From Candidatus Poseidoniaceae archaeon (GTDB lineage Archaea; Thermoplasmatota; Poseidoniia; Poseidoniales; Poseidoniaceae): a stretch of DNA of 64,000 nucleotides. The stretch covers positions 35,873 through 99,872 of the forward strand of contig JASLKC010000014.1 in assembly GCA_030747785.1 (NCBI GenBank). Direction: 5' to 3'. Positions within the stretch are counted from its first letter, which is position 1. Each line of letters starts with the position of its first letter. The position numbers and the translations under genes are program-made. The notes below the pieces were generated by a model. That model was not told the DNA's origin. It saw only the letters and a program-made list of their open reading frames with translations, and did no database searches. Below, in pieces: positions 45,398 to 54,357 of the stretch.

Positions 45398-46477
45398 ATG
45401 GACGGCAGGGGCGGGTGCGTAAGGTCGCCAGTCGACACAGACGAAGCCGTTGTTGCAGTCGTCGAATTTCTGTCTGCATTTGCCCTTTTTTTGATGATTC
45501 TCACCGCTTTCATGTCATTGGCCCAACTTGAATTAGGAAGCAATGACCCCACGACTGACCTAGTCGACAGATCTGCTGTTGAAGGACTTGAACGCCTTAC
45601 ATCAGACGAGGGTTGGTTTGTACCATATGTTGACGGGGTAAGAGATTCAGCAAATTCTACTTCAGAATGGCACAAGATTAGCCCAGTAGATATTGAAGGC
45701 GGCGCAATATTGCCTGGGCTCATGAATGGAGATAATTTAGATTCAAATCGTATTGCTGCATTGGCAAATGTGAGCCTTGGGGATGTGATTACCGGATTGG
45801 GATTACCCGATGGGATGCAATTACGTTTGGTGATAAAGGTGGAATCTTCGGATGATTCAGAAAGAACCGGAAAAATCCTCTTTGAGGGTGGTTCTAAACG
45901 AATGGGAGCAAGCATTTCATCCATCGCTTCTCGAACTTTCACAAACGCAAATGAAGTTACATCAGTAACTCTAGAAGTTCACAATGGAGGCACACCACCT
46001 GAAATGCTCAGAATGACCGAGTTTTCTCCAAGGCCGGCAAATAACGGTCCAGAATGGATTGAGGTTCAGAATCTAAACGGCTTCGCTCTATCACTCAATG
46101 GCTGGTCGTTCGAACGTAATGGGTCATCTGGAGATATGGACCATTTATTCACAGAAGGCGTCGTACCTGGCGGTGAAATCGTTATTTTTAGTGGAGATAT
46201 TACCAATCAAGAGACCGGAGCTGCGAGTATTGTCTATGATCTCGGCTCATCAGGTTTCTTAGGTGTAGGTAGTATTGATGGATTATCTGATACTGCTGGG
46301 CGTCTCAAATTGCTGCATGCAAATTCAAATGACTTTAGAGGCACAATCATTTGTCTGTATGAGTGGAATCCTTCTACAGGAATTTCAATCAATAATACCA
46401 TTCAGTGGAATGGTGGAACACCTACGGTGGATTCCTCTTGGAATGTATCATCGACACCTACACCCGGTATAGTTTGA
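45398..46477 (+). CDS. Pilin-like N-terminus plus lamin-tail-domain (LTD) protein
   Basis: DEA-VVAVVEFLSAFALFL hydrophobic N-terminus; C-terminal TEFSPRP...EWIEVQN...LNGWSF...TPTPG, typical of LTD. Confidence 0.65.
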   Translation: MDGRGGCVRSPVDTDEAVVAVVEFLSAFALFLMILTAFMSLAQLELGSNDPTTDLVDRSAVEGLERLTSDEGWFVPYVDGVRDSANSTSEWHKISPVDIEGGAILPGLMNGDNLDSNRIAALANVSLGDVITGLGLPDGMQLRLVIKVESSDDSERTGKILFEGGSKRMGASISSIASRTFTNANEVTSVTLEVHNGGTPPEMLRMTEFSPRPANNGPEWIEVQNLNGFALSLNGWSFERNGSSGDMDHLFTEGVVPGGEIVIFSGDITNQETGAASIVYDLGSSGFLGVGSIDGLSDTAGRLKLLHANSNDFRGTIICLYEWNPSTGISINNTIQWNGGTPTVDSSWNVSSTPTPGIV

Positions 46478-46531
46478 GTCGATTACGGCGCATGTTTCAT
46501 CTACTCGATTGCTGTCGATGAGCCGGTACCC

Positions 46532-47314
46532 ATGCAGCCGGCCACAGTTTACAGCCGCGACCGATGTATTACAGGTATACATGGCATGGATGAGATTCTC
46601 AGGGGCGGAATACCTTACGGCTCTACAGTATTGTGCTCAGGAACATGTGGTTCTGGCAAAACAACATTTGGCATGGAGTTTCTAGTTAGAGGGGCTTTGT
46701 CAGGCGAAGCTTGTGCACATTTTACTGCAACCGAGCCTTCTGTCAAATTATTGGAAAATATTCGCCAGTATGCTTTCTTCGACATGAATATGATTGATAC
46801 TGGATTAATCAATGTGTTTGACATGGATGTATTGTATTCATGGTTAGGTCTTGAGAAATCAACCTTCGATCTTGCAGATGTACACGCACTGATCAAATCA
46901 ATTGTCGACATCGTCAATACAATTGGTGTTACTCGATTGGTAATCGATTCGGTTACCACTCTTTGTTACAAGATTAAGAGCGAGCAATTGATTCGGGACT
47001 TCTTGTTCACACTTGGAAAGAAACTCGCAACTCTTGGATGTACTACTATCCTGATTTCAGAGATTACTTCTGCCACAGAAAATGCACATTGGTCCTCCTT
47101 CGGTGTCGAAGAGGCAATCGCTGATGGCATCATCGTTATGGGCGATGTAGAGAGAATGGGCCATCTATTGAGATTCCTTCAAGTTGTAAAAATGCGAGGC
47201 ACAGGCCATAGTCGTGCTAAGCATGCAATCGAATTAACTCCTCTAGGAGTAATGCTTACCCCTATGCTCAAATGGGGCGCAATGAGTGATAAACAGAGCA
47301 GATGGGGGTCGTGA
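46532..47314 (+). CDS. KaiC/RAD55-like RecA-superfamily ATPase (intact)
   Basis: TGIHGMDEILRGGIP, Walker A GTCGSGKTT, LVIDS, GVEEAIADGII, VVKMRGT. Confidence 0.92.
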   Translation: MQPATVYSRDRCITGIHGMDEILRGGIPYGSTVLCSGTCGSGKTTFGMEFLVRGALSGEACAHFTATEPSVKLLENIRQYAFFDMNMIDTGLINVFDMDVLYSWLGLEKSTFDLADVHALIKSIVDIVNTIGVTRLVIDSVTTLCYKIKSEQLIRDFLFTLGKKLATLGCTTILISEITSATENAHWSSFGVEEAIADGIIVMGDVERMGHLLRFLQVVKMRGTGHSRAKHAIELTPLGVMLTPMLKWGAMSDKQSRWGS

Positions 47315-47316
47315 TA

Positions 47317-47901
47317 ATGTTTGAACTCGACCAAAGAATCGCCGAACAATTGACCGAGGTCAGTCTCAATTCAGCAGTTCAGGTTCGCTGTGGAAATTCC
47401 AATGCATTCATGGTAACAGCATCAACATTGATTCCGTTAATGCAGATGTTCGAAATGGGAGGTGTGTATATTTGCGCAACACGAGGAGCTGTGGAGATTA
47501 TCGATGGTTTCGAAGCAATAGGTGTTGATGTTTCTGAAATTCATTTCATTGATTTGGTAAGTTCAGGAATTCTGGGGGGTACTGATATTACCCATCCAAA
47601 TGTCACCTTTGTAGATAGCCCAATCATGCTCGAGAGTGTTCTTTTGAGGACCCTATACACTCTAAGAATAGCCCAATCGGAAAGAAATTTCGTCTTGATT
47701 GATTCTGTAAATGCTCTTGCTATTTACAATGAGGAGCGAATGTTAGCGGAGTATCTGCATACTTTCATCAATACATTCCGTCAACGCGAGGTATTGTCCA
47801 TCATTCTAAATGTACCAGATCAGGTTCCACCAATGGTTCTTGCAAATCTCGATTTGTATTGTACCGATTTAATTGACCGAGGACAGGTCGTCATACACTG
47901 A
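47317..47901 (+). CDS. Degenerate KaiC-like protein (DUF835/DUF7504-like, no Walker A)
   Basis: GVYICATR, IHFIDL, FVLIDSVNAL..YN; sits between two KaiC-like genes. Confidence 0.65.
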   Translation: MFELDQRIAEQLTEVSLNSAVQVRCGNSNAFMVTASTLIPLMQMFEMGGVYICATRGAVEIIDGFEAIGVDVSEIHFIDLVSSGILGGTDITHPNVTFVDSPIMLESVLLRTLYTLRIAQSERNFVLIDSVNALAIYNEERMLAEYLHTFINTFRQREVLSIILNVPDQVPPMVLANLDLYCTDLIDRGQVVIH

Positions 47902-47911
47902 GGTGTTTCAA

Positions 47912-48715
47912 ATGAATAAGCAAATCAAATTCGACCCAGAAGATGAGGCGTTCTTCGGCTCAGTAGGCAGCTTCGGTGTGCCCAAATTCGACAATGCAAT
48001 GAATGGTGGAGTTCCTCGCGGTTTCCTTGTTGTAGGTTTTACACAAGTGGGGGCTGGTTCTGAGTTATTTGCAAAGCAATTTACCTCTCCAGCAGAAGAA
48101 GCGGATAACACCATTCTAATATCTACTAACGAGAGCCAACTTGAGATTGCTCGTGTTTTCAAGAAGTATAACTGGCCAACAGATATTGCAGTACGTACCC
48201 TCGGTGAAGAGTATAATGCACGCGTTCTAGAAAAAGAACTGCTCGCAAGCCGATATCGGCTTGAAGGCTTCAAACTTCCAGATATTCAGAGACTTGCCCA
48301 GACTCGTTTCGTCGATGATGACACTCAGGATTTCCTGACGGAGATGACAAATGAAATCATGGCCATGGGTCCTTATTTCAGAGCGGTCATAGATTCTCTG
48401 GATTTCTTTATCCAGCGTGATGATCCATCGCGTGTAGTAGCAATGCTGAGAATGATGCAAGCACATACTCAAATCAATCGTGGCATCCTTTTTGTGACCA
48501 TTTCTACAGATACTATTAGTCCAGCAATTAAGCAAGAATTGGCAGCAATTGCCGACATGGTATGTGATTTCAAGGTCCGAACAATCGGTTCGGATTTCGA
48601 AACAAGTATGATAGTCAGCAAGTTCCGAAACGCGCCTGAGAATCTTTCGATTATGGTATTCAGAGTAACGCCAGAAGAAGGTATCACTCCAGAGACTGTC
48701 GAGCGTATCGCTTGA
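47912..48715 (+). CDS. KaiC-like ATPase with degenerate Walker A
   Basis: FGVPKFDNAMNGGVPRG, P-loop reads QVGAGSEL, AVIDSL, IADMV, VSKFRN; SD GAGGTG before ATG 47912. Confidence 0.8.
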   Translation: MNKQIKFDPEDEAFFGSVGSFGVPKFDNAMNGGVPRGFLVVGFTQVGAGSELFAKQFTSPAEEADNTILISTNESQLEIARVFKKYNWPTDIAVRTLGEEYNARVLEKELLASRYRLEGFKLPDIQRLAQTRFVDDDTQDFLTEMTNEIMAMGPYFRAVIDSLDFFIQRDDPSRVVAMLRMMQAHTQINRGILFVTISTDTISPAIKQELAAIADMVCDFKVRTIGSDFETSMIVSKFRNAPENLSIMVFRVTPEEGITPETVERIA

Positions 48716-48733
48716 TGAGAGCAAAGAGTGATT

Positions 48734-48773
48734 CGATTCACACATTGTGGAGTCCGATTCACAACATTGTGAA
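48734..48773. repeat. Short imperfect direct repeat CGATTCAC(A)ACATTGTG x2; the second copy forms the inverted repeat TTCACAA-ca-TTGTGAA
   Basis: Read directly at 48734-48749 and 48755-48771, between convergent genes. Confidence 0.6.
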
Positions 48774-48781
48774 GTTGAGAA

Positions 48782-49543
48782 TCATTCTGGTTTGTTTGCT
48801 TTGAACCTGCTAGACATACCAGGGAATAGCAGCCTTGCTTTGACATCGGTGTACCCAACTTCTCGCATCATGGATTTGTAAAATCCGTGAGTTCCATAAT
48901 GAGTATAGGTGCGAGCTAACCATTTCCATGGATGATTGGGATCCTTTGTGACCCAGCGAGCAACTAATTGCACGAATGTTGCCATGTAAATACGTCCAAA
49001 GATTCCATGTAACCAGTTGGCCTTACCAGCATCACAGATTATCAATTGCCCTCCAGGTTTGAGAACTCGCAACATCTCACTGAGGCCCTGTTTTTTATCT
49101 CTGAAATCCCTAAAAGAGAACAAACAGAATACACGGTCGAATGTATTGTCTGGCAACGGGATATCTTCTGCTACCGCTTCAATATATGTTGCCTGACTTT
49201 CTCCTCTTGATGAGCGAGATTCATCAAGCCGTTTCTTGCAAACTTTGAGCATCTCAGCACTTGGGTCGAGGCAGGTTAATTCCATGCCGACAAGGTCTAC
49301 CGCAAATGAGCCCGGTCCACAGCCAACTTCGAGAATTTTCATCCCTTTGTCCGCATGATTTCGAACATGGCGGCGCATACCTTTGTCAAATCCAAGTGTC
49401 ATGATTCTATTGACTCGGTCGTAGACCGGAATGGTTGCTTCGAGTTGTTTTTCCAACTCTGTCCACGCCTCTTCATCGATGCCTGATGCATCGAATCCAC
49501 CGGTCGCAGAACGGTCGCTCATACCTCGTCGGCGTTGCCTCAT
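48782..49543 (-). CDS. UbiE/MenG-family SAM-dependent methyltransferase
   Basis: YDRVNRIMTLGFD, ILEVGCGPG, AEDIPLPDNTFD, FSFR, RVLKPGG. Confidence 0.82.
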   Translation of the reverse strand: MRQRRRGMSDRSATGGFDASGIDEEAWTELEKQLEATIPVYDRVNRIMTLGFDKGMRRHVRNHADKGMKILEVGCGPGSFAVDLVGMELTCLDPSAEMLKVCKKRLDESRSSRGESQATYIEAVAEDIPLPDNTFDRVFCLFSFRDFRDKKQGLSEMLRVLKPGGQLIICDAGKANWLHGIFGRIYMATFVQLVARWVTKDPNHPWKWLARTYTHYGTHGFYKSMMREVGYTDVKARLLFPGMSSRFKANKPE

Positions 49544-49656
49544 TGATATGGAGATTTGCTTTGTAATGAATTGGACTGGCTTTTAACATCCCAAAAAAGT
49601 GACCACGAGGGTTATGAACCCCTTTCATTTCGGGCGGAATACTAAGAGTGGTTACC

Positions 49657-49974
49657 ATGGGAATGGCAGATGTACTTCAAAGCATAAGAGATGCTGAATC
49701 AGCCGCAACTGAGAAAATTGAATCCTCTAAAGAAGAGGCTGCAAAAATTCTCGCGGACTCCCGCCGAAATTCGGCAGAAATAATTCAAAAAGCTCAAGAT
49801 GGAGCAGTTAGTTCGACCGGAAAGACCCTTGATAAGGCCCGTTCAAAGGCTGGAAAAAAGGCTGACGGAGTACAAACTGAGGGCACAAAAGAAGTTGAAG
49901 GAATACAAAAATCTGCTAGTGATCGTCGAGATACTGCTGTTAAGATTCTAATTGACTCACTGATGCCAAACTGA
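49657..49974 (+). CDS. atpH: A-type ATP synthase subunit H
   Basis: Charged helical protein (IRDAE..A..) at the head of the atp operon. Confidence 0.8.
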   Translation: MGMADVLQSIRDAESAATEKIESSKEEAAKILADSRRNSAEIIQKAQDGAVSSTGKTLDKARSKAGKKADGVQTEGTKEVEGIQKSASDRRDTAVKILIDSLMPN

Positions 49975-49975
49975 G

Positions 49976-52003
49976 GTGCTTTTGATGTTCAATGTCGTTG
50001 AGATGTCCCGCCTTGTAATGGCAGGTTCATCCAGTGACATCGATTCTGCTCTTCGCCTATGTGCGGATTTGGGCAATGTACACATCACCCCATACAGCGG
50101 TGATGAAGAAGGCATTACTCTCGGAACACCTCATCCTGACGCAGACGATGTATCTGCACTACTTGCGAAAGTTCGCGCAGCAACACAGGAACTCAAGTGC
50201 GCAAATCGAGATGGTCCAATTTCCATCTCTGCGGTAAAGAAAGCACTCGATGGAGACTTTGTGAGCAATCTTGACTCTATCCTTTCAGTAATTACCGAAG
50301 AGAGTGATGCAGAAGCTGAACTCGCTCGAATGGTTGAGAGAGTAGCAGTGCTTGAAATCATGTCACCACTTGGAATACCACTCGAATTAATGACAGGAAT
50401 CGATGCTCTTGAGGTATATGTTGGCGAGGTCGGTAAGACTTCTAAGATTGGCCAGGTCTTCTCCCAAGATGACCTAGTCGACAGAATAGAACTCCACTAT
50501 GCTGGTAATGTAGTTGCAGTTGCATGTGAAGGCAAAGAAGCAGCAGAAGTCCAAATGGCTCTTGGTGAATTAGGAGCTAAACCAATTCAGATTCCATCCG
50601 GTGAAGGCAAGCCAAGTGAATTACTTGGTGAAGCAAGAAAGAATATCACCAAATTGGAGAAGACCATTGCCTCATGTATCGAGTCTAAGGAAGACTGGGT
50701 TAACAGTAATGGACGCATGCTCATTGCAGTTCAGGAGCACCTTTCGAGAGAGAATGACATTCTAACTGGTCACACACTATGTGCAACTAGCGCACACGCA
50801 TATGCGCTAGAGGCATGGATTCCAACCTCCGCTTCGAAGGAAACATCTGCAGTTCTATCAAAGGCTTCCAGCCACCTTTCTATCACAGAGTTTGTCGAAG
50901 ACCACCATCACGATGATGGTCACCACACGGAATATCCCCCTGTGGAGTATGATACTCTAGAGGCAACTCGACATGCTTCGTTATTGACCAACTTGGTAGG
51001 ACGCCCAAAGTATGGAACCTTTGACCCTACGACAATGATGGCATTCACATTCCCACTATTTTACGGCCTTATCCTAGGTGATATTGGATATGGTCTAATC
51101 ATTATGATGATTTCACTTGCTCTCAAGAGCAAGTTCGGGCACATCCCCGCAGGAGCATTCGCTTCGAGGATTATGATGAACATGGGAATCGCAACACTGA
51201 TTTTCGGTGTGATTACCGCTGAGGCCTTTGGTTTCATTATAGATCACTGGGCCCCATTCGAGGGATTCTATCACTGGACCCACGGTGCATTCCATCTGCC
51301 TCATTTCTTTGCTGATACACTGAAGTTGAGCGATACCCACATTCCATTCCATCGTGTAGGAGATGGAATGGTTGACTACATGCTTCTAACTGTATATCTT
51401 GGTGCAGGACATCTCGTTATTGGATTCCTAATCGGATTCAAGAATGTGTTCAAAGCACACGGAATCGTTCCAGCATTCTTCGAGAAGGGTTCCTGGCTCT
51501 TCATCCTCTTCGGTGGATTTGGTCACATCTTCCGCTTCCTTACCGATGAGAGATACGAGTTATTCGCTTTGACAGGTTGGTCTATTTCTATTCTATTCGG
51601 ATTAGGATGCTTGATTATTGGTCTTGCAATATTTGAGAAATTCGGATGGGTTGGAGGCTTCATTATGGGGCCAATCGAATTATTTGGCCTCCTTGCAAAT
51701 ACACTTTCATACCTACGAATAATGGCAGTTGGTGTGGCTGGAGTCAAGATTGCTGAACTCGGCAACGAAATGGGTTTCCACAATATGTTACATTCATTCG
51801 AAGAGGGCCATTACATCACTATGGTACTAGGATTCGTTCTATGGATTTCTGTGCAGGTATTCGCACTTCTGCTTGGAATCCTTTCCCCTTCAATACACGC
51901 CGTCCGTCTCCACTTTGTGGAATGGATGAGCAAGTTCCACGACGGCTCTGGACTGGCATTCAGTCCATTTGGTGGCCGTGCCCTACACGTTGAGGGTTCA
52001 TAG
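49976..52003 (+). CDS. atpI: A-type ATP synthase subunit I (a)
   Basis: PKYGTFDPT, FYGLILGDIGYG, LSYLRIMAVG, IHAVRLHFVEW. Confidence 0.95.
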   Translation: MLLMFNVVEMSRLVMAGSSSDIDSALRLCADLGNVHITPYSGDEEGITLGTPHPDADDVSALLAKVRAATQELKCANRDGPISISAVKKALDGDFVSNLDSILSVITEESDAEAELARMVERVAVLEIMSPLGIPLELMTGIDALEVYVGEVGKTSKIGQVFSQDDLVDRIELHYAGNVVAVACEGKEAAEVQMALGELGAKPIQIPSGEGKPSELLGEARKNITKLEKTIASCIESKEDWVNSNGRMLIAVQEHLSRENDILTGHTLCATSAHAYALEAWIPTSASKETSAVLSKASSHLSITEFVEDHHHDDGHHTEYPPVEYDTLEATRHASLLTNLVGRPKYGTFDPTTMMAFTFPLFYGLILGDIGYGLIIMMISLALKSKFGHIPAGAFASRIMMNMGIATLIFGVITAEAFGFIIDHWAPFEGFYHWTHGAFHLPHFFADTLKLSDTHIPFHRVGDGMVDYMLLTVYLGAGHLVIGFLIGFKNVFKAHGIVPAFFEKGSWLFILFGGFGHIFRFLTDERYELFALTGWSISILFGLGCLIIGLAIFEKFGWVGGFIMGPIELFGLLANTLSYLRIMAVGVAGVKIAELGNEMGFHNMLHSFEEGHYITMVLGFVLWISVQVFALLLGILSPSIHAVRLHFVEWMSKFHDGSGLAFSPFGGRALHVEGS

Positions 52004-52043
52004 ATCACAGTCCCCTATTATGGACAAAACTGGAGGAAAAAAA

Positions 52044-52349
52044 ATGAATGTAAAGAATGTAAGGATAAGCGCACGTATCTTACTCGTACTCATGGGTATG
52101 GTAGCAATCGTGCAGGCAGTCGCCGCAACAGGCGAAGACAATGCTAGTACCGTAGATGCAATGAAGGGCTTAGGAGCAGGTATTGCTCTTGGTCTTGCAG
52201 CAGTCGGTGCTGGTATATCCCAAGGTGGCATCGGTAGCGCAGCTGTCGGTATGCTTGCTGAGGATGACAGTAAGTTCGGTGTTGCACTGATCTTCACTGC
52301 ACTGCCTGAATCGCTAGTTATCCTGGGTATGATGCCCCTGTTCCTCTGA
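52044..52349 (+). CDS. atpK: A-type ATP synthase proteolipid subunit K (c)
   Basis: GLAAVGAGISQGGIG...ALPES; SD GGAGG before ATG 52044. Confidence 0.93.
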   Translation: MNVKNVRISARILLVLMGMVAIVQAVAATGEDNASTVDAMKGLGAGIALGLAAVGAGISQGGIGSAAVGMLAEDDSKFGVALIFTALPESLVILGMMPLFL

Positions 52350-52396
52350 AGAGGAACTTTTCAAAGGACTAGTTCCTTTGAGATGTAGGTGATAAT

Positions 52397-52960
52397 ATGA
52401 CATTGGAAAGACTTGCTAAGGACATCATGGCGTCCGCTGATGCGGAAGCCAAGAAGATGATCAAGGCGGCCAAGAACGAAGCCAAAGGCATCGTCTCCGA
52501 GGCAGAAGCACGTGCAACTTCGATTACCGAAGATGCATCGGGCAAAGCCGGAAAGGAGGCAGACCAGATAGCTCGAGAAATGGTCGCGTCTGCACGCCAA
52601 GCCAACCAGAAGGAGATACTCGTCGCTCGTCGTATCGAGTTAGATGCCACATTGGCATCTGCACGAACGCTACTGGGTGACGCAAGCCTCGCAGGACGAG
52701 CGAGTTTGCTGAAACATCTAGTTAAGCAGGCTGGCGAAGTTTCGCAAGGTAAAATGGTACTACGTCCAACAAGCATCGACCGTGCCGCACTCGCAGATTC
52801 CGCTAAGGAATACGCGATTGGCGACGATGTAGATGGCCTAGGAGGATTCGTCCTCGAGGCCGAGGATGGTTCCATTTCCTTCGACATGCGCTTTGACACT
52901 CTGCTTGAATCCGCATGGATAGAGCAGCGTGCTGCAATTAACGAAACACTGTTTGCTTGA
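52397..52960 (+). CDS. atpE: A-type ATP synthase subunit E
   Basis: Helical N-terminus, LGGFVLEAEDGSISFD.RFD..L; operon position. Confidence 0.9.
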   Translation: MTLERLAKDIMASADAEAKKMIKAAKNEAKGIVSEAEARATSITEDASGKAGKEADQIAREMVASARQANQKEILVARRIELDATLASARTLLGDASLAGRASLLKHLVKQAGEVSQGKMVLRPTSIDRAALADSAKEYAIGDDVDGLGGFVLEAEDGSISFDMRFDTLLESAWIEQRAAINETLFA

Positions 52961-52979
52961 AACCACGGGAGAAATCAAT

Positions 52980-54017
52980 ATGGCAATCCTCGGCTCAAAT
53001 CAGGCTTATGCAGCAACACGCGCCAAAACCCGACGTTCGGGTCTATTGGACCGTACACGCTTGCGTCAGCTAATACAACAGTCTCCTGACCAATTAACCG
53101 TCGCAGTGGCGGATAGTGGATACAGGACTGAGATTGATTTGTACGCGGGGAAATTCTCTGGAGGAGATCTTGTCGAGGCTGCTCTGTCACACAATTTACA
53201 GAGCGAATTGTCGAACATCATTGGATTATGCAGTGGACGAATGAAGGACCTCGTTGAGATTTATGCTGGACGATTCCGCTACCACAATGCAAAGGTAGTA
53301 CTTCGTGCTGTTCTAAATGATGTTTCGAGCAAGAAGGTTGCTCATTCAATACTCCCGGAGGAGAGTGAGATTAACGCTCCATGGATTCGTATGATAGAGG
53401 AAGCAAAAACTCTCAGAGAAGCAGTTGAACAAATGCGCCGCCTTCCATTCGGAAAGGCACTGATGGCACTACCAGATGATAGTGGGCTCCAAGCCTATGA
53501 AGACACACTGGACCGTCATTACTTCAAGCATTCACTCGATGCACTTCGCGGTGGAGCAGATGCTCGAACCCTACGCAATATTTTGACCGGCGAAATCGAT
53601 CACCGAAATATTATCAACATACTCGAAGGACATGCATTTGGCCTGTCTACCGAGGAAATTTCCCAGGCGCTCATCCCTGATGGCCGCCTTATCACAGCGA
53701 GGAATTCAACCCAGGCTATTAGCAGCAGGGAAGGACTTCTCGATGTGTTGCGCCAGTCGAACAAGTTCGACTTAGATGGATTCATTCAGACTCTCTCAGC
53801 CTCAGATGAGGCTAGAACGCTGGACCCCGCCATTACCTGGTTGCGTGACCGAGAACACGCACAGATGAAGCGCTTGAGTTACCTCCATCCGGTCTCCGCA
53901 CTACCTGTAATCCACTATGTGGCTTGCAAAGTGCAAGAGGTCGAAGATTTGCGACTAATCGTGCGCGGCCGTATGGCTGGTCTGCCCGTAGAGGTCTTGG
54001 AGGCTCACGTTCTTTGA
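52980..54017 (+). CDS. atpC: A-type ATP synthase subunit C
   Basis: YAATRAK, EID..NI, KVQEVEDLRLIVRG; operon position. Confidence 0.9.
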   Translation: MAILGSNQAYAATRAKTRRSGLLDRTRLRQLIQQSPDQLTVAVADSGYRTEIDLYAGKFSGGDLVEAALSHNLQSELSNIIGLCSGRMKDLVEIYAGRFRYHNAKVVLRAVLNDVSSKKVAHSILPEESEINAPWIRMIEEAKTLREAVEQMRRLPFGKALMALPDDSGLQAYEDTLDRHYFKHSLDALRGGADARTLRNILTGEIDHRNIINILEGHAFGLSTEEISQALIPDGRLITARNSTQAISSREGLLDVLRQSNKFDLDGFIQTLSASDEARTLDPAITWLRDREHAQMKRLSYLHPVSALPVIHYVACKVQEVEDLRLIVRGRMAGLPVEVLEAHVL

Positions 54018-54028
54018 GGTGATTATGA

Positions 54029-54328
54029 ATGGATATAGCAGTCGTAGGCAGTCCCGAGTTCACACTCGGATTCCAGCTCGCTGGCATCAGCACACTGTAC
54101 AATCCTGAAGGAGAGGAGGAAACCTCCCAGACCTTCAGAAACCTACTCAATACAAAGGGTGTGGGAATCGTGGTAGTCGACTCCGCGATTCTGTCCACCC
54201 TGCCCGACCGCCTCAAGGAGAGGCTGTCGCAAAGTGTTACCCCAACAGTTCTAGGAATTGGAACCGAGGAGGACACGACCCTTCGCGAAACTATACGCAA
54301 GGCAATAGGAGTCGATTTGTGGAAGTGA
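54029..54328 (+). CDS. atpF: A-type ATP synthase subunit F
   Basis: [16 protein letters not shown]...IRKAIGVDL. Confidence 0.95.
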   Translation: MDIAVVGSPEFTLGFQLAGISTLYNPEGEEETSQTFRNLLNTKGVGIVVVDSAILSTLPDRLKERLSQSVTPTVLGIGTEEDTTLRETIRKAIGVDLWK

Positions 54329-54357
54329 TTCCAACCAAATCCAAGGAGGAAGAGGAA

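Noticed and set aside
46532..48715. Canonical KaiABC circadian clock or RadA/RadB recombinase
   Set aside because: These are single-domain proteins with no kaiA/kaiB, no clear CII S-T phosphosite pair and no RadA N-terminal HhH domain
48734..48773. Mini CRISPR array
   Set aside because: Only two 16-17 bp units with a 5-bp spacer and no cas genes
53700..54330. Locally GC-richer tract across the atpC 3' end and atpF
   Set aside because: Visual impression only and short; could be expression bias or strain mosaicism and cannot be supported without computation
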